A stretch of DNA of 64,000 bases from an uncultured Acidobacteriota bacterium. Its GTDB lineage: Bacteria > Acidobacteriota > UBA6911. This document shows, one piece after another, positions 38,283 through 48,770 of the stretch (position 1 is its first letter; every line of letters begins with the position of its first letter). The notes below the pieces were generated by a model. That model had not been told where the DNA came from. It saw nothing but the letters and a program-made list of their open reading frames with translations, and ran no database searches. Position numbers and translations under genes: made by a program. The stretch is from positions 320,001 to 384,000 of the forward strand of contig CAWEJX010000001.1 in NCBI GenBank assembly GCA_963809485.1, given 5' to 3'.

Positions 38283-39194
38283 ATGAAACGGCATGTTTAT
38301 GCAAAAGCCGATGCAGGCAAATACTTGCGGACAGCCCTGCCTGCCGTGGTCCTATTGCTGGGGGGCGTGTTTGCCGCTTTGGGATTCCTGGTATACAAAA
38401 TCACGCACCCGGGAGCAGTCCCGGAGACTGTAAATCCGTCTCATTATCTGTTGCCGTCATTGGAAGTCGCTATTCCCTCGGGCAGAGGGGAGGAAACCGC
38501 GGGGTGGTGGATCCCGGGGCTGAAAGGCGCGCCAGGAGTCCTTCTTGCTCCCGGCTACGGAATGAGCCGTTCGGACGCGCTCAGCCTGGCCGTAATGCTG
38601 CGTGAAAAAGGATTCAATCTTCTGGTTTACGACCAGCGCGGCTGCGGGACCTCTCCAAAGAGAGCCAGCACACTTGGTTTGCGTGAGGCTGAAGATATGC
38701 TGCAGGCGCTCGAGATTCTGCGCAACAGGTCCGAGATCGATGCTTCGCGAGTCGGAATCTGGGGAGTGGATGTGGGCGCGTACGCGGCTTTGCGGGCTGC
38801 TGCATCCATTCCTGAGGTTCGCGCGGTTGTTGCAGACGGGGCGTTTGAATTCGTGCCGGATTTTCTGGACTTAAAAATTTTTGAGGATTTTGGACTGGAG
38901 AGCGGCCCCATCCGGCTCGGCTGCGGCTGGGCATTCGCGCTGTTGCATCTGGGAGACCGTTCGCTGCTGAGCGAGCCTCTTCCGGTCCAGTCGCTTGCCG
39001 GACGGGCGGTTCTCTTTATCCGGGGCGAGAACCGCAAACGGCTGGGAGATTTGACGGCCGCATTGAACGACAGGTTCCGGCCCCGGCAGGAGATGGCTTC
39101 TTTCAAAACGTCGCGCGTTCGACTCATGGGCGGCGAAGATCTCAAGACCTATGACACACAGGTGACCGACTTCTTTCAGGTGAACCTCAGGTGA
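38283..39194 (+). CDS. Membrane-anchored alpha/beta-hydrolase-fold protein (nucleophile motif degenerate)
   Basis: N-terminal TM, YDQRGCGTS, GIWGVDVGA (Asp where GxSxG has Ser). Confidence 0.75.
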   Translation: MKRHVYAKADAGKYLRTALPAVVLLLGGVFAALGFLVYKITHPGAVPETVNPSHYLLPSLEVAIPSGRGEETAGWWIPGLKGAPGVLLAPGYGMSRSDALSLAVMLREKGFNLLVYDQRGCGTSPKRASTLGLREAEDMLQALEILRNRSEIDASRVGIWGVDVGAYAALRAAASIPEVRAVVADGAFEFVPDFLDLKIFEDFGLESGPIRLGCGWAFALLHLGDRSLLSEPLPVQSLAGRAVLFIRGENRKRLGDLTAALNDRFRPRQEMASFKTSRVRLMGGEDLKTYDTQVTDFFQVNLR

Positions 39195-39246
39195 AACAGG
39201 TAATTCAGTACAACAGGCGTTTTTCATCAAACGGGTATAGACCTCA

Positions 39247-42200
39247 ATGAACCAGATCAGGAAATTGGAACTCATCGGATTTAAATCATTCTGCGACCGC
39301 ACTCATATTCCTTTTAACGAAGGAATCACGGCCATTGTCGGACCCAACGGATGCGGAAAGAGCAATATCGCCGATGCCATGAGCTGGGTTGTCGGTGAGC
39401 AGAGCGCCAAGTCTCTGCGCACGGACAAGATGGAGGGGGTGATTTTCAACGGCACCCAGGCGCGAAAGGCCATGGGGTTTGCCGAGGTTGCTCTTACGCT
39501 GGCCCTCGACAACAAAATAGACATCCCCGGAGTGCCGGACTTGAATCCGGACGGCTTCACGGTCGGACGGCGTCTCTATCGCTCCGGCGAAAGCGAGTAC
39601 TATCTGGACGGCCATCGCTGCCGCCTTAAGGACATTCAGGCGCTGTTTGAAGGCACCGGGCTGGGACCGAATTCCTATGCCATTCTTGAACAGGGACGGA
39701 TCGGCCAGATCCTCAGCTCCAAACCCGCTGAACGTCGCGCGCTGATTGAAGAGGCCGCCCGAATCACTCTGTTCAAGAGCCGCCGTTACTCCGCAGAAAT
39801 GAAGCTCGAGATGGCCCAGCAGAATCTGACACGCGCGCAGGACATTATCCGCGAGGTGGTCCGCCAGCTCAATTCGCTCCGAAGGCAGGCCGCGAAAGCG
39901 CGGCGCTACAACCGCCTGCGCGAAGAGTTGCGCTCCGTACAGCGGATAAAACTCGGGATGGAAGAGCGGCAACTCCGGGAAAGGCTTTCGGAGTGCGCCG
40001 CCCGCTTCAGCAGCGCCCAGGAAAGCGAACGGTCGATTCTTTCGGAACTGGAGACCGCCGAAAAATCCCGGCAGTCCGAACGGGAGGAGTGCGACGCGCA
40101 GGAAGAACGGGTCCATCAGACTCGAGAGGTACTCGCCAGCCTGAAAATGGATGCGGGGAACGCGCAGAGTATGCTGGAGAACCAGGAAACGCAACGGCTG
40201 GGCCTTATGTCCCGGACCGGCGAACTGGAACGCGAACAGAAAGCCATTGAAGAGCGCAGGCAGCTCATCTCGAGCGAGATGGAACGCTTGAGCAATTCTT
40301 TTCGCTCGATCACGGACGAGATAGCGCGCGAACAGGAAGCGCTCGAGGCCGAGCAGGCCAAAAGCGACGTGACCCTGGATGCGATCCACCAGACTGAGGG
40401 AAAAATCGACGATCTGCGTTCTTTCCTTTTGACCGGGGCGGGGAGGCTTTCAGACCTGAAAAACCTGCAGGCCCGCTGCCAGGAAAGCCTGGAACGCATC
40501 GCCGCACGAACGTCCCGGCTGGAAGGCGAACGTCAGGCCAAATTCCAGGAACGCGCAGCCCTTGCGGCAGAACTCGAAAATGCCCGCAACGTCTCCGCGC
40601 TGCTGGCTGCGCGGCAGAAGGAGGTTTCCGCAAACTGCGAGGAACTCGAATCCAGAGCGCGGGAGCTTGGTGCCCGCATCGAAAGCGTATCGGAAGAAAT
40701 GTCGGCGCAGGTCAACGAGCACAGCCTGATTCAGCACCGGTTCTCCTCTCTCGAGGAGGTTGAAAGAAGGCGGAGCAACTACTCCGAAGGCGTTCAGAAG
40801 TACCTGTCGACACGGATTCCGGGAGAGGAGCCCTGCAAGGCCAAAACACTGGCCGACCACATTGAAACCGATCCCGCCTACGAAGCGGCCCTGGAAGATT
40901 ACCTGAACGATCCCCTGCAGTACATACTCGTGGAGAGCCGCGAAGACGCGGTGCAGGGGGTGGAACGGCTCAAGCGCATCGGTGCGGGGAAATGCACGTT
41001 CATGACCATACGCAACGGGCACAGCCATGCGGCCGGACCCGGCCGCCCTCCGTTGAGCGGCGATGGCGTGGTTGGTTACCTGGACGATCTCCTGCGCATG
41101 AACCCCGAGGTGAAGCATGCGTTCGAGCGCGCGCTTCCCGAATACGCCTCGACCATCATGGTCTCGGACCTGAATACCGCATTCCGCGTCGCCGAACATG
41201 CGTCGGGCGCCAATTTCCTGACTCTCTCGGGAGAGGCCTACTCTCCGCGCGGAACGCTATCGGCAGTCGGAGAACGCAAATCGATGGCGGGTTTTCTAGC
41301 GCTGAAGCGCGAAAAGCGTGAACTGGAGAAGAAACTGGGTATCCTGCTCGATAAAATCCAGTCGACGCGACAGGAACTCGCCGGCCTGAAACAGGAACAG
41401 GCGGCGGCCGCTGAGTCTCTGAAAGGGCTCACGGCGGAGTCCCGCAAGCTCGAAGTGGATATGGCGCTCGCCGGGCACGAAGTCTCGAGACTCGAGGGCG
41501 AGCTTGATAAGATAGCCCAGGCCGAAAACGTCGCCGACTCCGAGATCTCCCAGCTTGCCGATGAAAAGCGCGACCTCGAATCAAAGCTGAAGGATGCTGC
41601 GGCACAAATCGCGGAAATCGAGGCGCGCAGCGGAAGCGGCTCCGAAGAACTGCAGGAGCTTAACGGCAGGCTGCAGTCGCTGCGATCCGAGAGCGCTGCG
41701 CTCCTGAGACAGCTCGGCAACCTTGTTTCGGCGCACGCGGTTAAGCAGGAACGGCGGTCCGCCATGGGAAACGATCTGCGCCGCCTTGCAACCGAATCGG
41801 ATGACGTCCGCAAACGCGCCGATGTCAACAGCTCCGATGCCGCCCAGGCCCTTGAGAGAATCAAGGAACTTGAAGCGGCTCAGGAGGAAGCCAGGGTGAG
41901 AATTGTCGAATGCGGCCGGGCCGTTCAGGAAACCGGCGAAGCGTTGGAGGAAAAACAGCGGGTTCTCTCTGCCCGGCGCGCCGACCTGGCCGGCCTGGAC
42001 GATAAATTGCGGCAGCTTCACACTGCCCGCGAGGACGCGATGAATGCGCGCAGCAGGATCGAAATCGATAAGGCGCGGCTGGAGAGCGACCTCGAGCACC
42101 TGGAACGCAGCTGCCAGGAGGAATTTCACCTTTCAGTGTCCGAAGTGATCGCCGACATCCAGGAGGCGGACTGGCAGCGGGAATACCAGGAGGTTTCCGA

Positions 42201-42852
42201 AGCGCATGACCGCCTGCGGGAAATCATCGAGAATTTCGGCGCCATCAACATGCGGGCTCTGGAGGAATACAAGGAACTGGATCAGCGCTACCAGTTCATG
42301 AACGGCCAGCGTCTCGACATCGAAAAATCGATTGCCGACACACAGAAGGCAATATCGGAAATCAACCGCCGCTCCGTGGAACAGTTCGAAGAGGCCTTCA
42401 AGGCCATCCGCCAGAATTTCCAGGAAGTGTTTCAAATTCTGTTCGGCGGCGGCCAATGCGACCTCCGCATGCTTGACGAGGGAGACGTTCTGGAAAGCGG
42501 CATCGATATCATTGCGCAGCCGCCCGGCAAACGCCTGCAAAACGTATTGCTTCTTTCAGGCGGAGAGAAAGCTTTGACCGCGCTGGCGCTGCTGATCGCA
42601 ATCTTCCGTTTCCGGCCGAGCCCCGTGTGCGTGCTGGACGAAGTCGATGCGCCGCTCGATGACTCCAACATCGGCCGCTTCACGCGATTGCTAAAGGAGC
42701 TGAGCCGAAACACTCAGTTCATCATTATCACCCACAGCAAGAATACGATGGAGGCGGCGCAGACCCTTTATGGAGTGACCATGGAGGAGCCCGGTGTTTC
42801 CAAGATCATCGGCGTGGATTTCCAGCAGCACCAGGAAGCACTGGCCAGCTGA
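39247..42852 (+). CDS. smc: Chromosome segregation protein SMC
   Basis: GFKSF, GPNGCGKSN, coiled coils and hinge, LSGGEK, LDEVDAPLD. Confidence 0.97.
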   Translation: MNQIRKLELIGFKSFCDRTHIPFNEGITAIVGPNGCGKSNIADAMSWVVGEQSAKSLRTDKMEGVIFNGTQARKAMGFAEVALTLALDNKIDIPGVPDLNPDGFTVGRRLYRSGESEYYLDGHRCRLKDIQALFEGTGLGPNSYAILEQGRIGQILSSKPAERRALIEEAARITLFKSRRYSAEMKLEMAQQNLTRAQDIIREVVRQLNSLRRQAAKARRYNRLREELRSVQRIKLGMEERQLRERLSECAARFSSAQESERSILSELETAEKSRQSEREECDAQEERVHQTREVLASLKMDAGNAQSMLENQETQRLGLMSRTGELEREQKAIEERRQLISSEMERLSNSFRSITDEIAREQEALEAEQAKSDVTLDAIHQTEGKIDDLRSFLLTGAGRLSDLKNLQARCQESLERIAARTSRLEGERQAKFQERAALAAELENARNVSALLAARQKEVSANCEELESRARELGARIESVSEEMSAQVNEHSLIQHRFSSLEEVERRRSNYSEGVQKYLSTRIPGEEPCKAKTLADHIETDPAYEAALEDYLNDPLQYILVESREDAVQGVERLKRIGAGKCTFMTIRNGHSHAAGPGRPPLSGDGVVGYLDDLLRMNPEVKHAFERALPEYASTIMVSDLNTAFRVAEHASGANFLTLSGEAYSPRGTLSAVGERKSMAGFLALKREKRELEKKLGILLDKIQSTRQELAGLKQEQAAAAESLKGLTAESRKLEVDMALAGHEVSRLEGELDKIAQAENVADSEISQLADEKRDLESKLKDAAAQIAEIEARSGSGSEELQELNGRLQSLRSESAALLRQLGNLVSAHAVKQERRSAMGNDLRRLATESDDVRKRADVNSSDAAQALERIKELEAAQEEARVRIVECGRAVQETGEALEEKQRVLSARRADLAGLDDKLRQLHTAREDAMNARSRIEIDKARLESDLEHLERSCQEEFHLSVSEVIADIQEADWQREYQEVSEAHDRLREIIENFGAINMRALEEYKELDQRYQFMNGQRLDIEKSIADTQKAISEINRRSVEQFEEAFKAIRQNFQEVFQILFGGGQCDLRMLDEGDVLESGIDIIAQPPGKRLQNVLLLSGGEKALTALALLIAIFRFRPSPVCVLDEVDAPLDDSNIGRFTRLLKELSRNTQFIIITHSKNTMEAAQTLYGVTMEEPGVSKIIGVDFQQHQEALAS

Positions 42853-42857
42853 AGCAT

Positions 42858-42933
42858 AATTACGAATTACGAATGACGAATTAAACCAACCTGCTCCATA
42901 ATTGGGCATTCGTAATTCGTCATTCGTAATTCG
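42858..42933. repeat. Inverted heptamer arrays (hairpin) between smc and purC
   Basis: aattacgaattacgaatgacgaatt ... attcgtaattcgtcattcgtaatt. Confidence 0.8.
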
Positions 42934-42945
42934 ACGGGAGGGGTT

Positions 42946-43845
42946 ATGGCAAAGGACTTGAATATCTGCATCCAAACCGAACTTAGCGGATTAAGGCTGC
43001 TGCGGAGGGGTAAGGTTCGGGATCTGTATGAGTACGGAGACAAGCTCCTGTTGATCGCGACCGACAGGATCTCCGCGTTCGATGTGGTGCTTCCGACGCC
43101 GATTCCCTACAAAGGCGCCGTGCTCACGCAGTTGTCCCGGTTCTGGTTCCATATGATGCACGATATTGTGCCGAACCACCTGATCAGTTCCAATGTCGAT
43201 GATTTCCCCCAGGATTTGAAGAGGTTCAGCGACACGCTCCGCATGCGCAGCATGCTTTCGGTCAAAGCTGAAATGTTTCCCGTCGAGTGCGTGGCGCGCG
43301 GCTACCTGGCGGGATCCGGATGGAAAGAGTACCGGGAAACCGGCTCCGTGTGCGGGATCCGGCTCCCCGCCGGCATGCAGGAATGCGACCGGTTGCCGGA
43401 GCCGATTTTTTCCCCCGCCACCAAGGCTGAAGAAGGACACGACATCAACATTTCGTTTGAGGATACCGTCAAAATCATCGGGCATGAACATGCAGCTCAG
43501 CTGAGGGATCTGACGCTCAAAATATACTCCCGGGCGGCCGAATATGCGCTCCAGCGGGGCATTATCATCGCCGATGTCAAATTTGAATTCGGGCTGCACG
43601 ATGGGAAAATTATCCTGTGCGATGAGCTTCTGACTCCCGACAGTTCCAGGTTTTGGCCGGCCAGCGGCTATAAACCGGGAAGGCCGCAACCCTCATTTGA
43701 CAAGCAATACGTGCGCGATTACCTCGAGCAGATCCATTTTGACAAGAGGCCACCCGGCCCCGAACTCCCGTCCGAGGTTGTACAGGGAACCACCAACAAA
43801 TACCTCGAAGCCTACCGTCTGCTCACGGGCTCGCCACTGGTGTAG
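42946..43845 (+). CDS. purC: Phosphoribosylaminoimidazolesuccinocarboxamide synthase
   Basis: RGKVRDLY, TDRISAFD, ECVARGYLAGSGW, LTPDSSRFW, SFDKQYVRD. Confidence 0.97.
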   Translation: MAKDLNICIQTELSGLRLLRRGKVRDLYEYGDKLLLIATDRISAFDVVLPTPIPYKGAVLTQLSRFWFHMMHDIVPNHLISSNVDDFPQDLKRFSDTLRMRSMLSVKAEMFPVECVARGYLAGSGWKEYRETGSVCGIRLPAGMQECDRLPEPIFSPATKAEEGHDINISFEDTVKIIGHEHAAQLRDLTLKIYSRAAEYALQRGIIIADVKFEFGLHDGKIILCDELLTPDSSRFWPASGYKPGRPQPSFDKQYVRDYLEQIHFDKRPPGPELPSEVVQGTTNKYLEAYRLLTGSPLV

Positions 43846-44007
43846 CAGGGCATCGAGAACCTCCGGGTGCTTTGGGAAAAAATATCTGTATGCGTCCGCG
43901 AAATCTGTGATACAAACACGCAGCTTTGCGTTGTTTGGGCTAAATTTATCCTTGCCCGCATTATAGGCTGTAATTCATGATCGTCCCGATCAGGACAGGA
44001 GTTGCGC

Positions 44008-44556
44008 ATGCATTGGAGCCAATGGACCTTTTCCGACTGTTTTTTTGCCGGCATAATCCTGCTCTCCACCGGCATCGCTATAGCCAAGGGGTTTGTACGC
44101 GAGCTCGTAAGCCTGGTAGCTTTGATCGGCGGGCTCATTCTTGCCGCCGTGTATTATCCGGTGATGGCCGGCAGACTGATTGAGTTTTGCCGCACCGAGA
44201 CCGTGGCTAACCTGGCGGGATTTGTCATCATTTTTTCCGGCTGCCTGCTCCTGGGAGCCATCATTGGCTTTGTGATCAATCGCTTCATCAAGGCGGCCTC
44301 TCTTGGGTGGATCGACCGGCTGCTGGGGGGAGTGTTCGGGCTTCTGCGCGGCTGGGCCATCGCATCTGTCCTTGTTCTCGGGCTCATTGCTTTTCCGGTT
44401 CGCGAAAACCTGATGTCGCACTCATTCCTGGCTCCCTACCTGCTTGCCGGCGCACGAACGGCCGTTCTTCTGGTTCCGCAGCACCTCAAGGATCAATTCA
44501 ACGAGCAATACAAGAAGGTGCTTCATGCCTGGAACCAAAGCAGGAGCGCATCATGA
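44008..44556 (+). CDS. cvpA: CvpA family membrane protein
   Basis: KGFVRELVSL, DRLLGGVFGLLRG; follows purC. Confidence 0.88.
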   Translation: MHWSQWTFSDCFFAGIILLSTGIAIAKGFVRELVSLVALIGGLILAAVYYPVMAGRLIEFCRTETVANLAGFVIIFSGCLLLGAIIGFVINRFIKAASLGWIDRLLGGVFGLLRGWAIASVLVLGLIAFPVRENLMSHSFLAPYLLAGARTAVLLVPQHLKDQFNEQYKKVLHAWNQSRSAS

Positions 44557-44792
44557 GCGACTCTCAGGTCAAGCCTCCGCTCCGGCTCAAGGAGCGGCTC
44601 GAAATTCTCTGCAGGGAAATGGTCGAAAAAGGGATTTTATTTTCCGAAGCGACCGGGCAATTCGAAAGGTGCTTCATTACCGAGGTATTGCGGAGAAATA
44701 ACGGCAACATCATGCGCACGGCGAACGTTCTGGGCATTCACCGCAACACGTTATCCAAGAGGATCAGCCATAATACAACACGCAACAGGTGA
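44553..44792 (+). CDS. Small Fis-type HTH protein
   Basis: FERCFITEVLRRNNGNIMRTANVLGIHRNTL; ATGA overlap with cvpA stop. Confidence 0.82.
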   Translation: MSDSQVKPPLRLKERLEILCREMVEKGILFSEATGQFERCFITEVLRRNNGNIMRTANVLGIHRNTLSKRISHNTTRNR

Positions 44793-45464
44793 TCAGGGCC
44801 GTTCTTGGATCTGTTCGGCATGATGCCGCACATCGACGCCCTGCACGAAAAACACAACGTCTTCGGCAATGTTTGTGGCGTGGTCGGCCAGCCGCTCCAG
44901 GCCCCTCGCGACAAAAAGATACTCCAGGCCTGGATGAATCCTGCGCGGATCCTCTTCCATGAATTTCAGGATTTCAGCATACATTTTGTCCCGCAGCCTG
45001 TCGACGGCGTCGTCGGACCGCAGGACGCTCCTCGCGAGTATGGCATCCCTCCGCACAAAGGCGTCCAGGCTGTTCCGGATCATGTCTTGGGCAAGTTTCG
45101 CCATATAAGGGATGTCGACCCTCGGGTCCAGCGGCAGCATGCGGATCAGAGAAAGTGCGCATTCGGCGATGTTGACCGCGATGTCGCCCATCCGTTCAAG
45201 ATTGTTGTTGATCTTGATCGACATGGTCACGAAGCGCAGATCCACTGCCACGGGCTGCTGCAGCGCCAGCAGGCGGATGGCAATATTGTCGATGTCGATC
45301 TCCAGCTGGTTAATCCTGCTCTCGTTCTTGAAAACGGTCAGCGCAGCCTGCTCGTCGCGATGAATCACGGCAAGGACGCTGCGGGAAATGGAATCCTCGA
45401 CCAGCCCGCTCATTTCCAGAAGCAGGCGGTTCAGCTCATCGAGTTCTTCAAAAAAGTGCTGCAA
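44793..45464 (-). CDS. phoU: Phosphate signalling protein PhoU (copy 1)
   Basis: LQQPVAVDLR, LERMGD, DDAVD, LERLADHATNIAE; probable TTG start after GGGGAG. Confidence 0.93.
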   Translation of the reverse strand: MQHFFEELDELNRLLLEMSGLVEDSISRSVLAVIHRDEQAALTVFKNESRINQLEIDIDNIAIRLLALQQPVAVDLRFVTMSIKINNNLERMGDIAVNIAECALSLIRMLPLDPRVDIPYMAKLAQDMIRNSLDAFVRRDAILARSVLRSDDAVDRLRDKMYAEILKFMEEDPRRIHPGLEYLFVARGLERLADHATNIAEDVVFFVQGVDVRHHAEQIQERP

Positions 45465-45560
45465 GTTTGGCTCCCCTTTCCCTAAAGGCTCTGCCCGCAG
45501 GACGGGCGGAGTTAACAAAAAGCCGAGGGCCAGGGCGGATCGCCCCCAGGCAGGTTAGGC

Positions 45561-45951
45561 AGTCAGGTACCTCCGGCAAAGCCGGAAGCAAGATTTGAAC
45601 CGCTCAAAGCGGTTGGATGAGTGACGCCGGTCTTGAACGCTGACTTACGCGGGCAAAAGCCGATGAGGCGCTTCCGATCCCCGCAGAGACCAGCGCTCCG
45701 CGCTGGACAGTTTTCTGCGGCGTCACTTTGGCAAACGCCCGGTTTCTCATACCCTTTATCTCCTTGCCGCACGGCGCTTGCCACAGTGCCGCCACAGAAA
45801 ACTCCATCAGAAGCGCCTCATCGGCTTTTGCTCGCCGACCCTCGCCGAACAAATCGGCGTTTGTCAGCGCTTTTGTCAGCGGATCTCAGCGTTTCAAAAT
45901 ACGGAGCTGTCAAACTCCATGAGTTCCCCAGCAGAGCCGGGGGTTTACCAA
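45561..45951. mobile_element. Non-autonomous palindromic element, copy 2, between pstB and phoU; central 43 bp inverted relative to copy 1
   Basis: Colinear with 25689-26083 except core 45735-45777, which is the reverse complement of 25867-25909. Confidence 0.78.
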
Positions 45952-45956
45952 AGGAA

Positions 45957-46811
45957 TTAGCCGAAACGTCCGGTGATGTAATCCTCTGTGCGCTTGTCAC
46001 CCGGATTGGTAAAAATCTGAACTGTCGGGCCGAACTCGGCGAGCTCTCCCTGGAGGAAGAACGCAGTGTAATCGCTGACTCTTGCGGCCTGCTGCATGTT
46101 GTGGGTCACGATTACGATCGTGTACTCCCTTTTCAGCTGGAAGATCAAGTCCTCAATCTTCGCCGTCGAGATCGGGTCCAACGCGGACGCAGGCTCGTCC
46201 ATAAGAAGGATTTCCGGCCGAACGGCAAGGGCTCGCGCGATACACAGACGCTGCTGTTCGCCTCCCGACATGCTCAGGGCGCTTTTGTGCAGCCGGTCCT
46301 TGACCTCATCCCAGATCGCTGCATGGCGCAGAGCCTCCTCCACCCGTGATTCCCTTTCCGCTGCCGAACCGGTGAGTCCGTTGATCCTGAGACCGTAGGC
46401 GACGTTATCAAAAATCGACTTCGGGAAAGGATTGGGCTGCTGGAAAACCATCCCGACATTTCGCCGCAGGGTTACGACATCAATATCAGGCGATATAATA
46501 TTTTGCCCATCCACGATGATCTCGCCCTCCATCCGGATATTGGGAATCACATCATTCATCCGGTTCAGAGAGCGCAGGAAGGTGGATTTTCCGCATCCCG
46601 AGGGGCCGATGATGGCGGTGACCTGGCGCGCGTAGATATCCATGGAGATGTCCCGCAGCGCTTTGTGCGTGCCATACCAGAAATTGAAGCTTTTCGCGGC
46701 GACCCGGATATCGAGTTGTCCGGATGGCTGCTTGGCATCTGGCCGGTCGGGCACCTGGGTACGGATACCCGGGACCTGAGAATTTTGGGAATTTACGACG
46801 GTGGAAAGCAT
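45957..46811 (-). CDS. pstB: Phosphate ABC transporter ATPase (operon 1)
   Basis: [39 protein letters not shown]. Confidence 0.96.
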   Translation of the reverse strand: MLSTVVNSQNSQVPGIRTQVPDRPDAKQPSGQLDIRVAAKSFNFWYGTHKALRDISMDIYARQVTAIIGPSGCGKSTFLRSLNRMNDVIPNIRMEGEIIVDGQNIISPDIDVVTLRRNVGMVFQQPNPFPKSIFDNVAYGLRINGLTGSAAERESRVEEALRHAAIWDEVKDRLHKSALSMSGGEQQRLCIARALAVRPEILLMDEPASALDPISTAKIEDLIFQLKREYTIVIVTHNMQQAARVSDYTAFFLQGELAEFGPTVQIFTNPGDKRTEDYITGRFG

Positions 46812-47719
46812 CAGACACTCCGGTGGGCGACGCGCATGCGCGCCCGGATCACGACAGCGACAGCGTTCAGGATAAAGGTCAGAGCCAACAGCACGAATAC
46901 CGTGGAATACAGCAAGGGCTTCGTGGCGTCGACGTTCGGGGACTGCGTGGACATGATGAAGACGTGGTACCCCAGGTGCATGAACTGATCGTTGAGCCTT
47001 GTTGGTATTTGCGGGAGATAATATGCGGCCCCGACAAAGAGAATAGGGGCAACCTCGCCGGCAGCACGGCTGACCGCCAGCACAGAACCCGTCAGTACGC
47101 CTGGCATTGCGTGCGGCAGTACCACCCGGAAAACGGCCTGAGACTTTGTCGATCCCAGGGCGTAGCTGGCTTCCCGGAAACTGCGGGGCACTGCCTGAAG
47201 GGCTTCTTCTACGCTGACCACAACAACGGGCAAGGTCAAAACTGCCATAGTCAGCGCAGCCCAGATCAGCGCAGGCTGCCCATAGGCAAGCTCTCCAGCA
47301 TTTACCGTCTGATCGATCCCCTTGCCGACGAACTGCACAAAAAATCCAAGCCCGAAGAGGCCGAACACAATTGACGGGACTCCAGCCAGATTATTTACCG
47401 CCTGCCTTGAAATGTAATAAAACCATGAGCTGCGATTTGCATATTCCGAAAAGTAGATGGCGACAAACACGCCGGCCGGGGCTACAAATATGGTCATGAT
47501 CACAACGAGCGCCGCGGTGCCGAAGATCGCCGGGAAGACACCTCCGCCGGTCATTCCGTCGGATGGCGCAGCTGTCAGAAACTCCCACGATAGCCTCTCC
47601 CAGCCATGATAGGAGATGTTTCCGATCAGGATCGCCAGGATGGAAATGATGCCTGCGCCTGCCAAGGCTGTAAGCCAGCGAGTCGTGTGGTCCCAAAAAA
47701 ACCTCCGTCCTGTACCCAT
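46811..47719 (-). CDS. pstA: Phosphate ABC transporter permease PstA (operon 1)
   Basis: [29 protein letters not shown]. Confidence 0.95.
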   Translation of the reverse strand: MGTGRRFFWDHTTRWLTALAGAGIISILAILIGNISYHGWERLSWEFLTAAPSDGMTGGGVFPAIFGTAALVVIMTIFVAPAGVFVAIYFSEYANRSSWFYYISRQAVNNLAGVPSIVFGLFGLGFFVQFVGKGIDQTVNAGELAYGQPALIWAALTMAVLTLPVVVVSVEEALQAVPRSFREASYALGSTKSQAVFRVVLPHAMPGVLTGSVLAVSRAAGEVAPILFVGAAYYLPQIPTRLNDQFMHLGYHVFIMSTQSPNVDATKPLLYSTVFVLLALTFILNAVAVVIRARMRVAHRSV

Positions 47720-47720
47720 T

Positions 47721-48683
47721 CTAGGATTCTCCTGACAGCCGATTTCTGAGCCGTCCTATGACCCAGGAACCGATGCTGTTCAAAACGAAGGTGATCAAAA
47801 AAAGCAGCAGCCCTATGAAAAAAATCACGCGGTAGTGTGGGCTGCCGAAAACAACCTCCGCCAACTCGGCAGCGATGGTGGCCGGAAGGGTCCGGGTTGA
47901 GTCAAAAAAGGACCACGAGGTGATAGCCGCGTTCCCCGATGCCATCAGCACAATCATAGTTTCACCGATGGCGCGGCCGAAACCGAGCACGAAGCCCGCA
48001 AAAATTCCCGGCGTGGCGGCGGGCAAAACAACGTGCAGGGTGGTTTCCGCTTTGGTTGCCCCCAGAGCCCAGGAGGCTTCCCTGAGTTTGCGCGGCACTG
48101 CAGAAAGCGCGTCCTCGCATACTGTAAAAATAATGGGAATAACCGCGAGACTCAGCGCCAGCCCGGCAACGATGGCATTCAGCCGGAAGTTAAAATCGAA
48201 CAAATTCTGAAGCCACGAGGCGAGAACGATGAGCGCAAAAAACCCGAGGACTACCGAGGGAAAACCCGCAAGCAGCTCGACGACCGGCTTGATGGTCTCC
48301 TGCGACCACCTGGGCGCAAATTCCGCCGTGTATACCGCAGCCGCAAGCGATAAGGGAATCGAGAAAATCATGGCAATGAGAGTGACTTTAAGGGTTCCCA
48401 AAAAAAGCGGCATCAGGCTATATTTCGGCTCTGTGGAGACGGGATGCCAGGAATATTCCAGAGGCGCCTCGGGTGTGCCATAGTTTTGAGGAAGAAAAAG
48501 GCGGCTTAATCCGACTTCTGCAACAGACTCCGGCTCGTAGAAAAGCGGCAAGGCCTCCCTCGCGATAAAGACCAGGATGAGAAACATAATTGCGATGGAG
48601 AGCCATGCGCTGACACGAATGAATCGTGCCGTGATCCAATCGCGGGCGCTGCGCCATGAAATTCCGCGGCTTTTTAGTTCCAT
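47721..48683 (-). CDS. pstC: Phosphate ABC transporter permease PstC (operon 1)
   Basis: ELLAGFPSVVLG, GRAIGETMIVLMASGN; start uncertain. Confidence 0.95.
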   Translation of the reverse strand: MELKSRGISWRSARDWITARFIRVSAWLSIAIMFLILVFIAREALPLFYEPESVAEVGLSRLFLPQNYGTPEAPLEYSWHPVSTEPKYSLMPLFLGTLKVTLIAMIFSIPLSLAAAVYTAEFAPRWSQETIKPVVELLAGFPSVVLGFFALIVLASWLQNLFDFNFRLNAIVAGLALSLAVIPIIFTVCEDALSAVPRKLREASWALGATKAETTLHVVLPAATPGIFAGFVLGFGRAIGETMIVLMASGNAAITSWSFFDSTRTLPATIAAELAEVVFGSPHYRVIFFIGLLLFLITFVLNSIGSWVIGRLRNRLSGES

Positions 48684-48770
48684 TTCGGACAATCCCAGTC
48701 TCGGCGCCCCTGAGTCCGGCAGTAGGCCTGCTACGCCGGGACTCAAAGGCTCGAAGACTATTAAATAAGC

